64,000 bases of DNA from positions 741,062-805,061 of the forward strand of contig JAHQJS010000004.1 of NCBI GenBank assembly GCA_019057385.1, given 5' to 3'. Under the pieces are notes generated by a model. It made no database searches. It saw only the letters and a list, made by a program, of their open reading frames with translations, and had not been told where the DNA came from. Position numbers and translations under genes: made by a program. The DNA is from Candidatus Borrarchaeum weybense (lineage in GTDB: Archaea > Asgardarchaeota > Sifarchaeia > Borrarchaeales > Borrarchaeaceae). Position 1 is the stretch's first letter. The number at the start of each line of letters is the position of its first letter. This document shows, in pieces, positions 1 through 9,700 of this stretch.

Positions 1-8
1 CTTACGGT

Positions 9-1586
9 ATGGCTGCTTGGAGGATCATTGAGGGCGATATGCCTTACCGTGATTTTTATCATTCACACCCTCCACTTTCTCCCTATTTACTTGCTTTTGT
101 ATTCCTGATATTTGGTGTTGGCGTCATCCAAGCGAGGTTATTCTTAGTTTTTTTCACAACCTTTACAAGTTTCGTGATCTTTTTAGCCGGAAAAAGGATT
201 GATTATAAAACAGGGTTGTTAGGGAGTTTAGTCTATGCAGTTACTCCGTGGTCCGTTGTGTACGGCATGAGGGCGGTAAATGATCATATCGCCATAACTT
301 TCTGTATCATAGGATACTATTTTCTAACACCAGTCTTTGTACAGAATAAAGACAAAATAATGGACGCCGCGGCTGAAAGAAACAGTTTACTTTTAGCAGG
401 TCTTTTTGTAAGCATTGGAGTACTGATTAAAATTATAGTGGCACCAATACTGTTTGCTTTTATCGTTATTTTAATCATTGAAGGACGATATAATGGTGTT
501 GGAATTAGCAATCAGACAAAAAATGTTGGTTTCTTAATTCTCGGGTTCATTATTCCTCTATTAGTTGTGTGTTCGCCCTTTTACTTACTAATCGGTGACG
601 AGTTTACAAAGCAAGTCCTGGGGCAGCATTTTGCGAAACCTCCATCCCCAGGAGAGCGTTGGATTTATCCTGTGGAATATTTAATCTTAGGAAATGCCTA
701 TTTCTTCGTTTTCTTTGCTCTAAGCGTTTTTTTCGCGATACGAAGACCCTATGGAAGGGGGTTAATCATTTGCATTCTTGTTATGATTTTTTCTATATTC
801 TTCTTCGTTCCACGAGCACATGTAAATTATTACCACGCCCTCATCCTGTGGATGTCCATGGTCTGTGGGTTCTTTCCCCTGCCAAATTTGAAATCATTAA
901 AGTCAAAAACAGAATTGGTAATCCTGAATTTCATTATTGTTCTAAATTTATTATTCTACAAGATTTATCGTTATTTTAATCTTTACATCCCAAGAGCAAC
1001 CTATTTTAGTCATATTTCGGCACAAATCGCTCTTGTAGCAACCTCAATCGCGTTAATTGCCTTCATCGTTATGTTAATCAAAGAAGGGCACTATTCCGAT
1101 GGTAGAATTAACGATCAAGTAAAAAATGCACTTTCCTTTCCTTACCAGATTTGGAAACGCCTGAGAAACATTTTTGACCAAGATGGAATAAAAGCAATCA
1201 TTGCGGTACTCTTTATTGTTCTAATTGCGACAACCTATATTTCATACTTTCCTCGTTCTGAAAGTGAGAAGAAAACTGTTGAATGGATTAAAGCAAACAC
1301 TTCCCCCGATGATTATGTTCTGGTTGATAATTTGAAAATCAATTTTTGGTCATTAAGGAGAAGCCCGTTTGCCGAAGTTTCAATAGATCGAACACTCCTT
1401 GGCGAACTTACTGGAGAAATGTTCATTGAAGCATGTTATGCATTTGATGTTAGAGTTGTTGTTGTCACCGGAAGATTGTTTGGAGAATATGAGACGTATG
1501 ATGTTTTTCTAGAGTTTCTGGAGAATAATTATGTGCCAATAACAGAAGGTTATACAATCTACGTACGCATTTATTCTCTACAATAA
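9..1586 (+). CDS. GT-C fold membrane glycosyltransferase (ArnT/PMT-like); frame is open to the window edge, so probably 5'-partial
   Basis: Many TM segments; N-terminal PYRDFYHSHPPL motif typical of ArnT-like GT-C proteins; C-terminal soluble domain. Confidence 0.75.
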   Translation: MAAWRIIEGDMPYRDFYHSHPPLSPYLLAFVFLIFGVGVIQARLFLVFFTTFTSFVIFLAGKRIDYKTGLLGSLVYAVTPWSVVYGMRAVNDHIAITFCIIGYYFLTPVFVQNKDKIMDAAAERNSLLLAGLFVSIGVLIKIIVAPILFAFIVILIIEGRYNGVGISNQTKNVGFLILGFIIPLLVVCSPFYLLIGDEFTKQVLGQHFAKPPSPGERWIYPVEYLILGNAYFFVFFALSVFFAIRRPYGRGLIICILVMIFSIFFFVPRAHVNYYHALILWMSMVCGFFPLPNLKSLKSKTELVILNFIIVLNLLFYKIYRYFNLYIPRATYFSHISAQIALVATSIALIAFIVMLIKEGHYSDGRINDQVKNALSFPYQIWKRLRNIFDQDGIKAIIAVLFIVLIATTYISYFPRSESEKKTVEWIKANTSPDDYVLVDNLKINFWSLRRSPFAEVSIDRTLLGELTGEMFIEACYAFDVRVVVVTGRLFGEYETYDVFLEFLENNYVPITEGYTIYVRIYSLQ

Positions 1587-1684
1587 AAATAGAGGAAATT
1601 GCAATATACCAGAACTATGAGTTTTTTGGAAAAAGTTTTTGATGTTCGAGATCGATCTTTTATGTAATTTATTACGGTGATACA

Positions 1685-1930
1685 ATGACTGACAGACCAA
1701 ACTGTGAAAATTGTGCCATTCCTATGCGCTTTGTTCTCACTGATATTCATGGAGAAAAACTTCGCGGCTGGTACTGTTCCGCCTGTGGTCTATTCAAGCC
1801 TATCGAATCAGATAAAGAGGTAGAACTCAAATTCGACAAAGAAACTATATTGAAGGCAACAACCACGACAGCACTATTTATCGATGATGAAATGGTCGTT
1901 GAAGACTTGACGGAACAACTAGATCGTTAA
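1685..1930 (+). CDS. Small Zn-ribbon protein
   Basis: CENC...CSAC pairs; GGTGA SD-like motif just upstream. Confidence 0.65.
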   Translation: MTDRPNCENCAIPMRFVLTDIHGEKLRGWYCSACGLFKPIESDKEVELKFDKETILKATTTTALFIDDEMVVEDLTEQLDR

Positions 1931-1957
1931 TGTTGTTAAACTTCAATTTTTTTGTTT

Positions 1958-1997
1958 TACCTGAAAATAGGTTTTTCCAAAGTGTTTCAGGTAGAAT
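1958..1997. repeat. 40-bp palindromic direct repeat, copy 1
   Basis: TACCTGAAAATAGGTTTTTCCAAAGTGTTTCAGGTAGAAT, identical to 6461-6500; arms TACCTGAAA/TTTCAGGTA. Confidence 0.95.
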
Positions 1998-2010
1998 CTT
2001 ATCATCGTAC

Positions 2011-2021
2011 TCAGTATTTCA
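2011..2021. repeat. Candidate 11-bp target-site duplication, left copy
   Basis: TCAGTATTTCA, identical to 13160-13170. Confidence 0.5.
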
Positions 2022-2753
2022 TCCCCATTTTTTGTAATTTTCTCAATTACGTCTTCACAAAACAAATTATCGTAGTTTAAATGGCGTAAGCCAATGTGGT
2101 AGAGATCATAATACCCGACTTTTAAGAATGCCAGACATCTCTTCAACGTTATGAAAACTCTCTTCATCGAAAAAGATCATAAACACTGTTGGATCAACTC
2201 TTTTAGTCCAATAACCTTCAACCTCGACTCATCGAAAAGGCGAGTCCATAACCGCCTTATTCATAGAATTCATAAAACTCTTAAGAGAAACTTTGAATTG
2301 ACTTTCCTTACAAAATTAGAATCCTGCTATCCATTCACGAAATTAACGAGCAAAACGCTTCCTAAAAGGAGTTATTGTGATTTAAGACAAGGGTTACACC
2401 TTAAAAGTGATTAGACTATATTTCATATAATCGGAGAAACATGCCATTCTGAGTAGTTACGAATAAATTGAACAGAGTTAAAAAAATAGGAATGTTACTA
2501 ATAATTGGGAATTGATTTGAAACAAACAAAAATGACAGTTATGATTCTTATCGTTGAATATTACTAAGAAAACATACTCCAGAGAGAGTTTCTGTCTTAT
2601 TATAAACGAACTATACTATAGAATCAAGTAAAGAGTCAAAGAAAGATTGTATGTACTGACTTTGCTTGAGTTTTTATCGTTTAAAGATTTATGTAGTTGA
2701 GAATCCATGTAGATGTATGAGCAGTATTTTTGCTGTTAAGGACAGTGTGATAG

Positions 2754-3746
2754 ATGGGAAATGAGTTTGTGACGGTTAAAGGACGAAGATATGCTGTTGA
2801 AGGAAATGGCGAACTCGACCTTGGTATCAACAAAAATCACTCCGCCAAAGAACATTATGATCATTATGAGACTCCTTTTGAAGATATTGCCGAGATAGAG
2901 GGCTTGGAGACCCTCACTCACCTTAAAGAATTAATTCTTGGTCCCAATTATATAACAGAGATCAAGGGCTTGGAAAATCTCAGCAATCTCCAAGTACTCT
3001 CTCTCCATGATAATGAAATCAAGGAGATCAAGGGCTTGGAAAACCTTACTAGCCTTCAAAAGTTAGTCCTCAGTTCTAACAGGATCAAAGAAATTAAAGG
3101 CCTGGAAACTCTTACTGATCTCCGTTACCTAACTCTCAATTCTAATAACATAGAAGTGATCCAGGGATTGGAACACCTCTCTAATCTTCAAAAACTAGAT
3201 CTGCGTTATAATCCAGTAGGTGCCTCAGAAAAGATCTTACAGTGGACAAAGGGTGCACAGGAAGTAGTTAAGTACTGCCAAGAAAAAAAGAAACGCACGC
3301 ATCTTGTTACGTTCAGAGAAGATATTTACGGTGTTTATGATACACTAGACTTAAGCAATAAAGAAATTAAGAATGTCTCTGAGATTGAAGGTTTAGAGCA
3401 TGTTACCCATTTCCGAATACTAAACCTAAGGAATAATTATCTAAAAAAGATCAAAGGACTGGAGTTTCTCTCTGATCTGAAAAAACTAGATCTTAGTAAG
3501 AATCTTATACAAGAGATTACAGGCTTAGAAACTCTCACCAATCTCGAATATCTTGATCTTAGTTTGAACCAGATAAAAGAAATCAAGGGATTGGAAACTC
3601 TTACCAATCTCAAAGAACTATTACTCAATCATAATCCGATAAGAGATGAAGAGAAACATTTAGTAGAGATGAGTGCACAAGAGATTGTGAAATACTGCCA
3701 AGAAAAAGCGAGAGTGACCAAAAAAAAGGCGACTGAAGGCAAATAA
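2754..3746 (+). CDS. Leucine-rich repeat protein (SDS22-like), two capped LRR modules
   Basis: Repeated LxxLxLxxNxIxEIKGLExL 22-aa units; C-cap AQEVVKYCQEK occurs twice. Confidence 0.92.
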   Translation: MGNEFVTVKGRRYAVEGNGELDLGINKNHSAKEHYDHYETPFEDIAEIEGLETLTHLKELILGPNYITEIKGLENLSNLQVLSLHDNEIKEIKGLENLTSLQKLVLSSNRIKEIKGLETLTDLRYLTLNSNNIEVIQGLEHLSNLQKLDLRYNPVGASEKILQWTKGAQEVVKYCQEKKKRTHLVTFREDIYGVYDTLDLSNKEIKNVSEIEGLEHVTHFRILNLRNNYLKKIKGLEFLSDLKKLDLSKNLIQEITGLETLTNLEYLDLSLNQIKEIKGLETLTNLKELLLNHNPIRDEEKHLVEMSAQEIVKYCQEKARVTKKKATEGK

Positions 3747-3758
3747 GGGAGGGAGCGC

Positions 3759-5099
3759 ATGGTAGAGGAGTTTGTGACAGTTAAAGGTAAAAAATACTAT
3801 GTTATTGGAGGCAATCTGGACCTACACGATAAAAAGATTTCTGATATCGCTGAAATCAAAGGCTTAAAGAATCTTACCCATCTTAGAGATTTAGATCTTA
3901 GCAATAATCAGATTGGTGAGATCAAAGGACTGGAACACCTTACTGAACTTAAAATACTAGACCTTAGAGAAAATCGGATAATAGAGATCAAAGGGCTGGA
4001 GCATCTTACCAACCTAGAAGTATTGTTGATTGATAAGAATCCAATAAAAAAAGAAGAATGGAATTTTGTATATGGCGAACATGAATGGGATGGTAAGTTA
4101 ATATCTGGAGCGCCAGTTTGGAGACTCGTGGAATATAGTCGATTAAAATCGCACAATCTTTTTGTAACAATTAGGAAAAAGAAATATTATGTAGATGTTG
4201 ATGAAGGCGAGCTTAACCTAAATGGCAAAGAAATCACTAGTATCGATGAAATCACAGGGCTGGAAAAGCTCAAAGACCTTGAAATACTCCACTTAGACTG
4301 GAATCAGATAACAGAGATCAAGGGGCTAGAGAACCTAGTAAGTCTAAAAGAACTCAACCTTCACTGCAATGAAATTGAAGAAATCAAAGGCTTAAGCAGA
4401 CTTTCTAAGCTTGAACGATTATCCCTTTACAATAATCAAATCAAAGAGATTAAAGGCTTAGAGAATCTCAACAAACTTCGAATATTGCGGCTTAAAGGCA
4501 ATCCGATAGAAGAAATTAAAGGCTTAGAACATCTTACGAATCTTAAAGTATTGCAACTTAATACTAATCTACTAAGTGGTTATGAGAAAAATTTGCTTAG
4601 GTATAACGCTCAAATGGTTGTAAAGTACTGTCAACACCAAAAGGAAGATACATTGCTTCATTTACCTTTTGTAACAGTCAGAGGGGAAAATTATTATGTT
4701 GACGATGATAAGCTCAGCCTTTGGGGTATAAAACTAACCAATATCGCTGAAATTAAAGGATTGGAGAATTTCATCAACCTCAAAAGTCTAAAACTTAGTG
4801 CAAATAGGATAACAACTATTAGTAAACTAGACCAGCTTAAAGATCTTCAAAAACTGGAGCTTAATGAGAATAAAATCAGAGAGATCAACGGTCTAGAAAA
4901 TCTCACTAATCTTAAAGAACTAGATCTTAGTGGAAATCAAATTGAAGAAATTAAAGGACTAGAGAACCTTATAAATTTAGAAAAACTAGACTTATTTGGT
5001 AATCCAATAAGAGAGTATGAGACACATTTGATAGACAGGAGTGCACAGGAAGTCGTGAAATACTGCCAAGAAAAGGCGAGCAAAACACACAGTGAATGA
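3759..5099 (+). CDS. Leucine-rich repeat protein (SDS22-like), three capped LRR modules
   Basis: Same LRR consensus; N-cap FVT(V/I)x(G/K)xxYYV three times; GGGAGG SD upstream. Confidence 0.92.
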   Translation: MVEEFVTVKGKKYYVIGGNLDLHDKKISDIAEIKGLKNLTHLRDLDLSNNQIGEIKGLEHLTELKILDLRENRIIEIKGLEHLTNLEVLLIDKNPIKKEEWNFVYGEHEWDGKLISGAPVWRLVEYSRLKSHNLFVTIRKKKYYVDVDEGELNLNGKEITSIDEITGLEKLKDLEILHLDWNQITEIKGLENLVSLKELNLHCNEIEEIKGLSRLSKLERLSLYNNQIKEIKGLENLNKLRILRLKGNPIEEIKGLEHLTNLKVLQLNTNLLSGYEKNLLRYNAQMVVKYCQHQKEDTLLHLPFVTVRGENYYVDDDKLSLWGIKLTNIAEIKGLENFINLKSLKLSANRITTISKLDQLKDLQKLELNENKIREINGLENLTNLKELDLSGNQIEEIKGLENLINLEKLDLFGNPIREYETHLIDRSAQEVVKYCQEKASKTHSE

Positions 5100-5229
5100 C
5101 GTTCAAAACGGAAAAATAGAAAGACACCTATTTTTTAGATACTGTATCTGTCTGTGACATCTTCCAATCCATAACACTTACGTCAGTTATGTTTGAGTTC
5201 TATTTTTGTGTTTCTTCTTTCTTAACTAA

Positions 5230-5640
5230 TTATCTTAGTTCTGGCTTCATAACAAATCCATGGATTTTAAAATCGATGTCAAAAGTAAAGACTTCATTTA
5301 TACTCCGCCTCTCCATCATTGCGAAACTGAGGCTATCGGTCAGATCTATTTTCTGATCTTGATATCGTTTAAAATATTCTAACGCTTTACTCCAATCTTC
5401 TTTAGTCTCCCATTCAAGCTCTACGATTTTACTAGCTAGAATCTTATCAAGTTCGTATATCGCTAACTGTTTCTCAACTCTTTTAGTAAGTCCGTCTATA
5501 AACTCGATCAGGCAGTGCGTTCCAATTATGAATCGTAGTCCTCTCTTTACAGCGTGTCTAAGGTATTCGACAGCCGTAGCGTGATTTTTATCCTTTTTGT
5601 CACCAAGAGCAATCAATGCACTTGTATCGAGGTATTGCAT
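5230..5640 (-). CDS. vapC: PIN-domain toxin (VapC-like)
   Basis: YLDTSALIAL, E, DLTDSLSFAMM and VFTFDIDF acidic PIN motifs. Confidence 0.9.
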   Translation of the reverse strand: MQYLDTSALIALGDKKDKNHATAVEYLRHAVKRGLRFIIGTHCLIEFIDGLTKRVEKQLAIYELDKILASKIVELEWETKEDWSKALEYFKRYQDQKIDLTDSLSFAMMERRSINEVFTFDIDFKIHGFVMKPELR

Positions 5641-5655
5641 TCTTTTCCCCCAGCG

Positions 5656-5886
5656 TTATGTCCTCCATTCATCCCTTTCGCTCCAAGTTCCTTCTTCAGT
5701 TTCAAAACTGCCAATTATGTCAAACAGGGGATCATGCTCAAGTTCATTCACATATTTTTTAACATATTCCTCTATTGCGTCTCTTATAATGCGTTCGATG
5801 CTTGTTTTCTTGCGCAATGAGATGTTCTTAAGCAAATTATGTAAATATTCATCTATTTCAGTTTGAATGGATTTCACGTTGCTCAT
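5656..5886 (-). CDS. Ribbon-helix-helix antitoxin (VapB-like)
   Basis: Short gene directly upstream of the PIN toxin; SIERIIRDAIEEY RHH-like helix; DPLFDIIG tail. Confidence 0.75.
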   Translation of the reverse strand: MSNVKSIQTEIDEYLHNLLKNISLRKKTSIERIIRDAIEEYVKKYVNELEHDPLFDIIGSFETEEGTWSERDEWRT

Positions 5887-5984
5887 ACATTTTCACCAAG
5901 CCGTATATTGCATCTAGTTATTAAAATACTTGTTGACTGCTTTGAATATTATTCATAACCGTGCTTAAAAACTCTGAGTTTTCA

Positions 5985-6000
5985 GTGAACTACTCCATCC
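5985..6000 (-). mobile_element. Short remnant of an IS200/IS605-type right end
   Basis: GTGAACTACTCCA is identical to the first 13 nt of the element at 42931. Confidence 0.3.
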
Positions 6001-6460
6001 TTAGAGTTAAAAGTTATTCACCCCTCTGATATGATAATAAACCTTTCTCTAGTCTCGCAGTATAAGTTCTACGCGTATTCGCTACAAATTATTATCACGT
6101 TCTAAAATGCCGTTTCTCCGTGACGTTTTTCTGTGATATTGGAAAATCGACCTTCATAAGTCTAATATTTTAATAGAACAAAACTAGAACTATATCGCAT
6201 CCATCTCTTTCTCTTTAATATCAAAACATCATCAAGACTTGCATTAAATGAAGAAGAAGAGCGCTAATCAGAACGATTCGATAATTAATCAGATACAAAA
6301 TCAAGGATCTGCCCCGTATATCTATATATCTAGCGGGAGAATCTATTTCAAAAATGGCAGTTATTCAATTGATACTTGTTATTTGGAAACTAATAGTTTT
6401 AAAGTAAGGTATATGTCTAAAACAAAAACGTCTAAACAATTTCAAAGATGCCAATTATTC

Positions 6461-6500
6461 TACCTGAAAATAGGTTTTTCCAAAGTGTTTCAGGTAGAAT
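6461..6500. repeat. 40-bp palindromic direct repeat, copy 2
   Basis: Identical to 1958-1997; here the inverted arms are a perfect 13 bp (ATTCTACCTGAAA 6457-6469 / TTTCAGGTAGAAT 6488-6500). Confidence 0.95.
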
Positions 6501-6772
6501 AGACAGTTTTATACCTTCCATTTTTTCAAGAACAGTTGAAGAATGCTTAGGTATTGCTACAAATACATTTGGAATCTACTTGGTTCAAAATCAAACCTTT
6601 TTAGAGATTTCATTCTTCTATGATAACTTCATACTTCTAAACTAGAAGAACAGTTTGAATTTTAGAGACGCTCAAGATACATAACCTGCAATTTTCGGTA
6701 TAATTTTAATATACTCGCTTTATAAATTAATTCTTACCCTTTCATATATGGGTACTGACGCTGCCACGTATT

Positions 6773-9700
6773 GTGGATATATATTCAGTGATTGAACGAT
6801 TGATACAAGCTAATTATCATAAGCTCTGGTTTTTCCAAGATAAGTCGGTGCGTGCTTTCAGGGAAGGAAAAGATATATTGATAAAAGCTCCAACTGGTGC
6901 TGGAAAAACGCTTATTCCACTTATCTGTGCTACACTTGTTCTTGGAGAAAAATTGCGTTGTGTGTTTCTCGTACCAACAAGGCGATTAATTGACCAGACC
7001 TACGACCAGCTTGAAGACTGGTTTAAAAGTTTACCACGATATCAGAAAAAATATCGTATCGTCAAGGTAACAGGAGACGAGAGACCTTCTCACCGGGAAA
7101 TCAAAAGGGCTAACATCATCGTAACCACATATGAATCTTTTAATGGACTACTGTCGAAACAGTATGAGTACGCTCTCCTGAAGAAAGTAGGACTCGTAAT
7201 AGTCGATGAAATGCACTACATCAGCGATGCGGAACGAGGAGGACGGCTTGAGGATGCCATTGTCAAGGCAAAACTATGGTTGCGTCGTCGTCCCCAGATG
7301 ATCTATCTGGCGGCTACCTTAGGAAATGCAGAAGAAATCGGAGAGTGGTTAAAAGCCGAAGTTATCCAAACGACAAAACGCCACTCAAAAATAATTGTTG
7401 GAACCCCAATCAAAGTCTATGATGAGTATGAACGGTTAGAAACCATTTTTAGACTGATTAAAGAGACCTATGAGTTAGAGGTAGGGGCAAAGGAGACAGA
7501 TAAAAGATGTGTATTAATCTTTTGTAGAAGGCGACAGGACACCGAACTCAGAGCTTGGGAACTGACAAAAAAATGTGAGGACATGTGTTACAAGCTAACC
7601 GTTTCCTATAGCCATGCTGGGCTAAAAGCTATAGAACGACAAAGGCGGATGAAGTCATTTCGAAAGGGAGAGATTGATGTCCTTTTCACTACAACTGAAT
7701 ATAGAGAAGGAATAGACGCCCCAGTTCTGCGGATTATTATAGCGGATACAGAGGTTTTTGATTCACTGGAATTAGAACAGATGATAGGGAGGGCTGCACG
7801 ACCTCGTTTTTTTGAGATTGGATATGCAAATCTGATCATTCAAGGGAATGTAAACGTTATTTTGAGTAAAAACGAGATATCAATAGAGAATGGAGCAATT
7901 CAATTTAAGGAAAAACCTTTGAAAAGTCAGGCAAAACGTTATTTGAGCGGGATCATCCTCAATAGAGTGGCACGAGGGGCGGTTTCAACAGGGCAACTCA
8001 TCAGGTATCTTAAAGAATTCTATTTCTATTATGAGGAAAAAAGGCGAATAAGCAATTGGAATAGACTTTTACACACCGCGATTTCTAAACAAGAAGTATT
8101 CATACTCACAAAAGAGAATGATAAAAAGCTTTTTTCCTTAATCAATGGCAATGAACGTTACAGACGAGAAGACAAAGCAAACTTTCAATTATTTGTAAAG
8201 GGTTTCTTGAGCCACGTATTTGAAGCTGTAAAGGTCCGAAAGAAACGTACAAAGCGGAAGAAAAAATATAAACTTGAAAGCGAAGTAGTTTGCGATCTTC
8301 TAAAAGAATATTCTCATATTGAACATAAACGCTCTGAGAAAAGACTTAAAGAGCAGGTTAAAATACATCTACTTTATCTTATTCATGCGGGTTTTCTGGA
8401 GAGGAAATATAACAAAGTTGACGCAATAAAGAGTGGAAAATACAGGGCAACGGATGAGGGACGGTGGGCAAGTCAGTTTTTATTACGAGTCAATGATGCT
8501 CTTAAAATCCATCAATTCTTTCAAACCCGGAGATTCTATTCAGATGATGATACATTCGAGAAATTGGCTAACCTTATAGGTGAACGTGTATGTGAGCATG
8601 ATAATGAGCGATACGGGGTGAAGCAATATAGTGGGTTCATAAAGTTTTTGGTACTGGGATTTGATTTAGATGAGGCCGCGAAAAAAACAGGGATTAGACT
8701 GGGGGATGCTGAAGGATGTAGAAAGACTGCCACATGGATGGCAGAAGCGATGCAGGCTTACGTGGAAATGAATATCCCGTTCATTATACCTGTGGCGAAG
8801 AGTATTGTTGAATCACTTACTTTGCGAGAAAGGGATGATCCCCGTAAAAAGGTGCGACGATATGTAAAAGAAAAAGCGCCACCATATCCAGGTATTCAGG
8901 AAGCGATTAATGCTGTTCTTGAACAGGGAAGGATTGTAACGTATGATGACCTCCATGAAGTAATTACTGACCGTTATGGCGATTCTATTGCCCGTATAAC
9001 GACTATTAGGAACGTCCTTGATTTAGCGGTGCATGGGAAACTTGTAAAATTCTCACGAGGTAAAGGCGTAGGGCGCCCTTTAAGTCAAGTTTGCAGTACT
9101 AAAGCACAAATTCCTGAGTATTTTCACAAGACCTGTGGTTCATGTGTTTTTCGTATTACTATAACGGATGAGAGCGAAAAGGAACACGAAAATCAACGGT
9201 ACATCTGTGAATTACGCAGAGACTATAATAAACACACGAAAACCAATACTTTAAGTTCCTATGTCACACAAAAATATGGAGCATGTAGATATCACAACTC
9301 TTCGCGAAAGAGGAAACTTCGTTCAATTAAGAGTTTGAAAGCAATCAATGCACTTGAGGCGATCTGTCATATTTGTCAAGCAGCAGTAGTTCAGATACCA
9401 CAAACTTATAATCGTTACACTCGATGTCCGAATTGTGATTCAGAATATTACTACCGCTGGGATGGAAGGATCAATGTTAAACCTGGTGTAGGAGATCTTC
9501 TTCAAGACGCTCTCAAAGATATTCTAGGAAAGGTTGTTAAGCCTACGAAAATTTGGCAAAAAAGAGAAGGCGATATACAGCGACACTATATGAAACTAAT
9601 AATCAAGAAAGGTGAAAATGCTTATGTTAACCAAAATAAACTCTTTTATATCCCAAAGGAAGGAAAAGCACGCTCATATCTATTAGATGCTATTCATTTT

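Noticed and set aside
1943-2414. Short ORFs 1943-2167 and 2151-2414
   Set aside because: No recognisable motifs; they look like spurious or decayed coding sequence, and one crosses the putative junction
6248-6645. Short ORFs 6248-6502 and 6448-6645
   Set aside because: Overlapping, no motifs, and they span the 40-bp palindrome; probably non-coding
6748-6754. ATGGGTA as a terminal inverted repeat with TACCCAT at 13154-13160
   Set aside because: Only 7 bp and no matching flanking duplication
6773-8000. Calling the helicase Cas3
   Set aside because: No N-terminal HD domain; motifs (DEMH, HAGL, QMIGRA) are Ski2/Hel308-type
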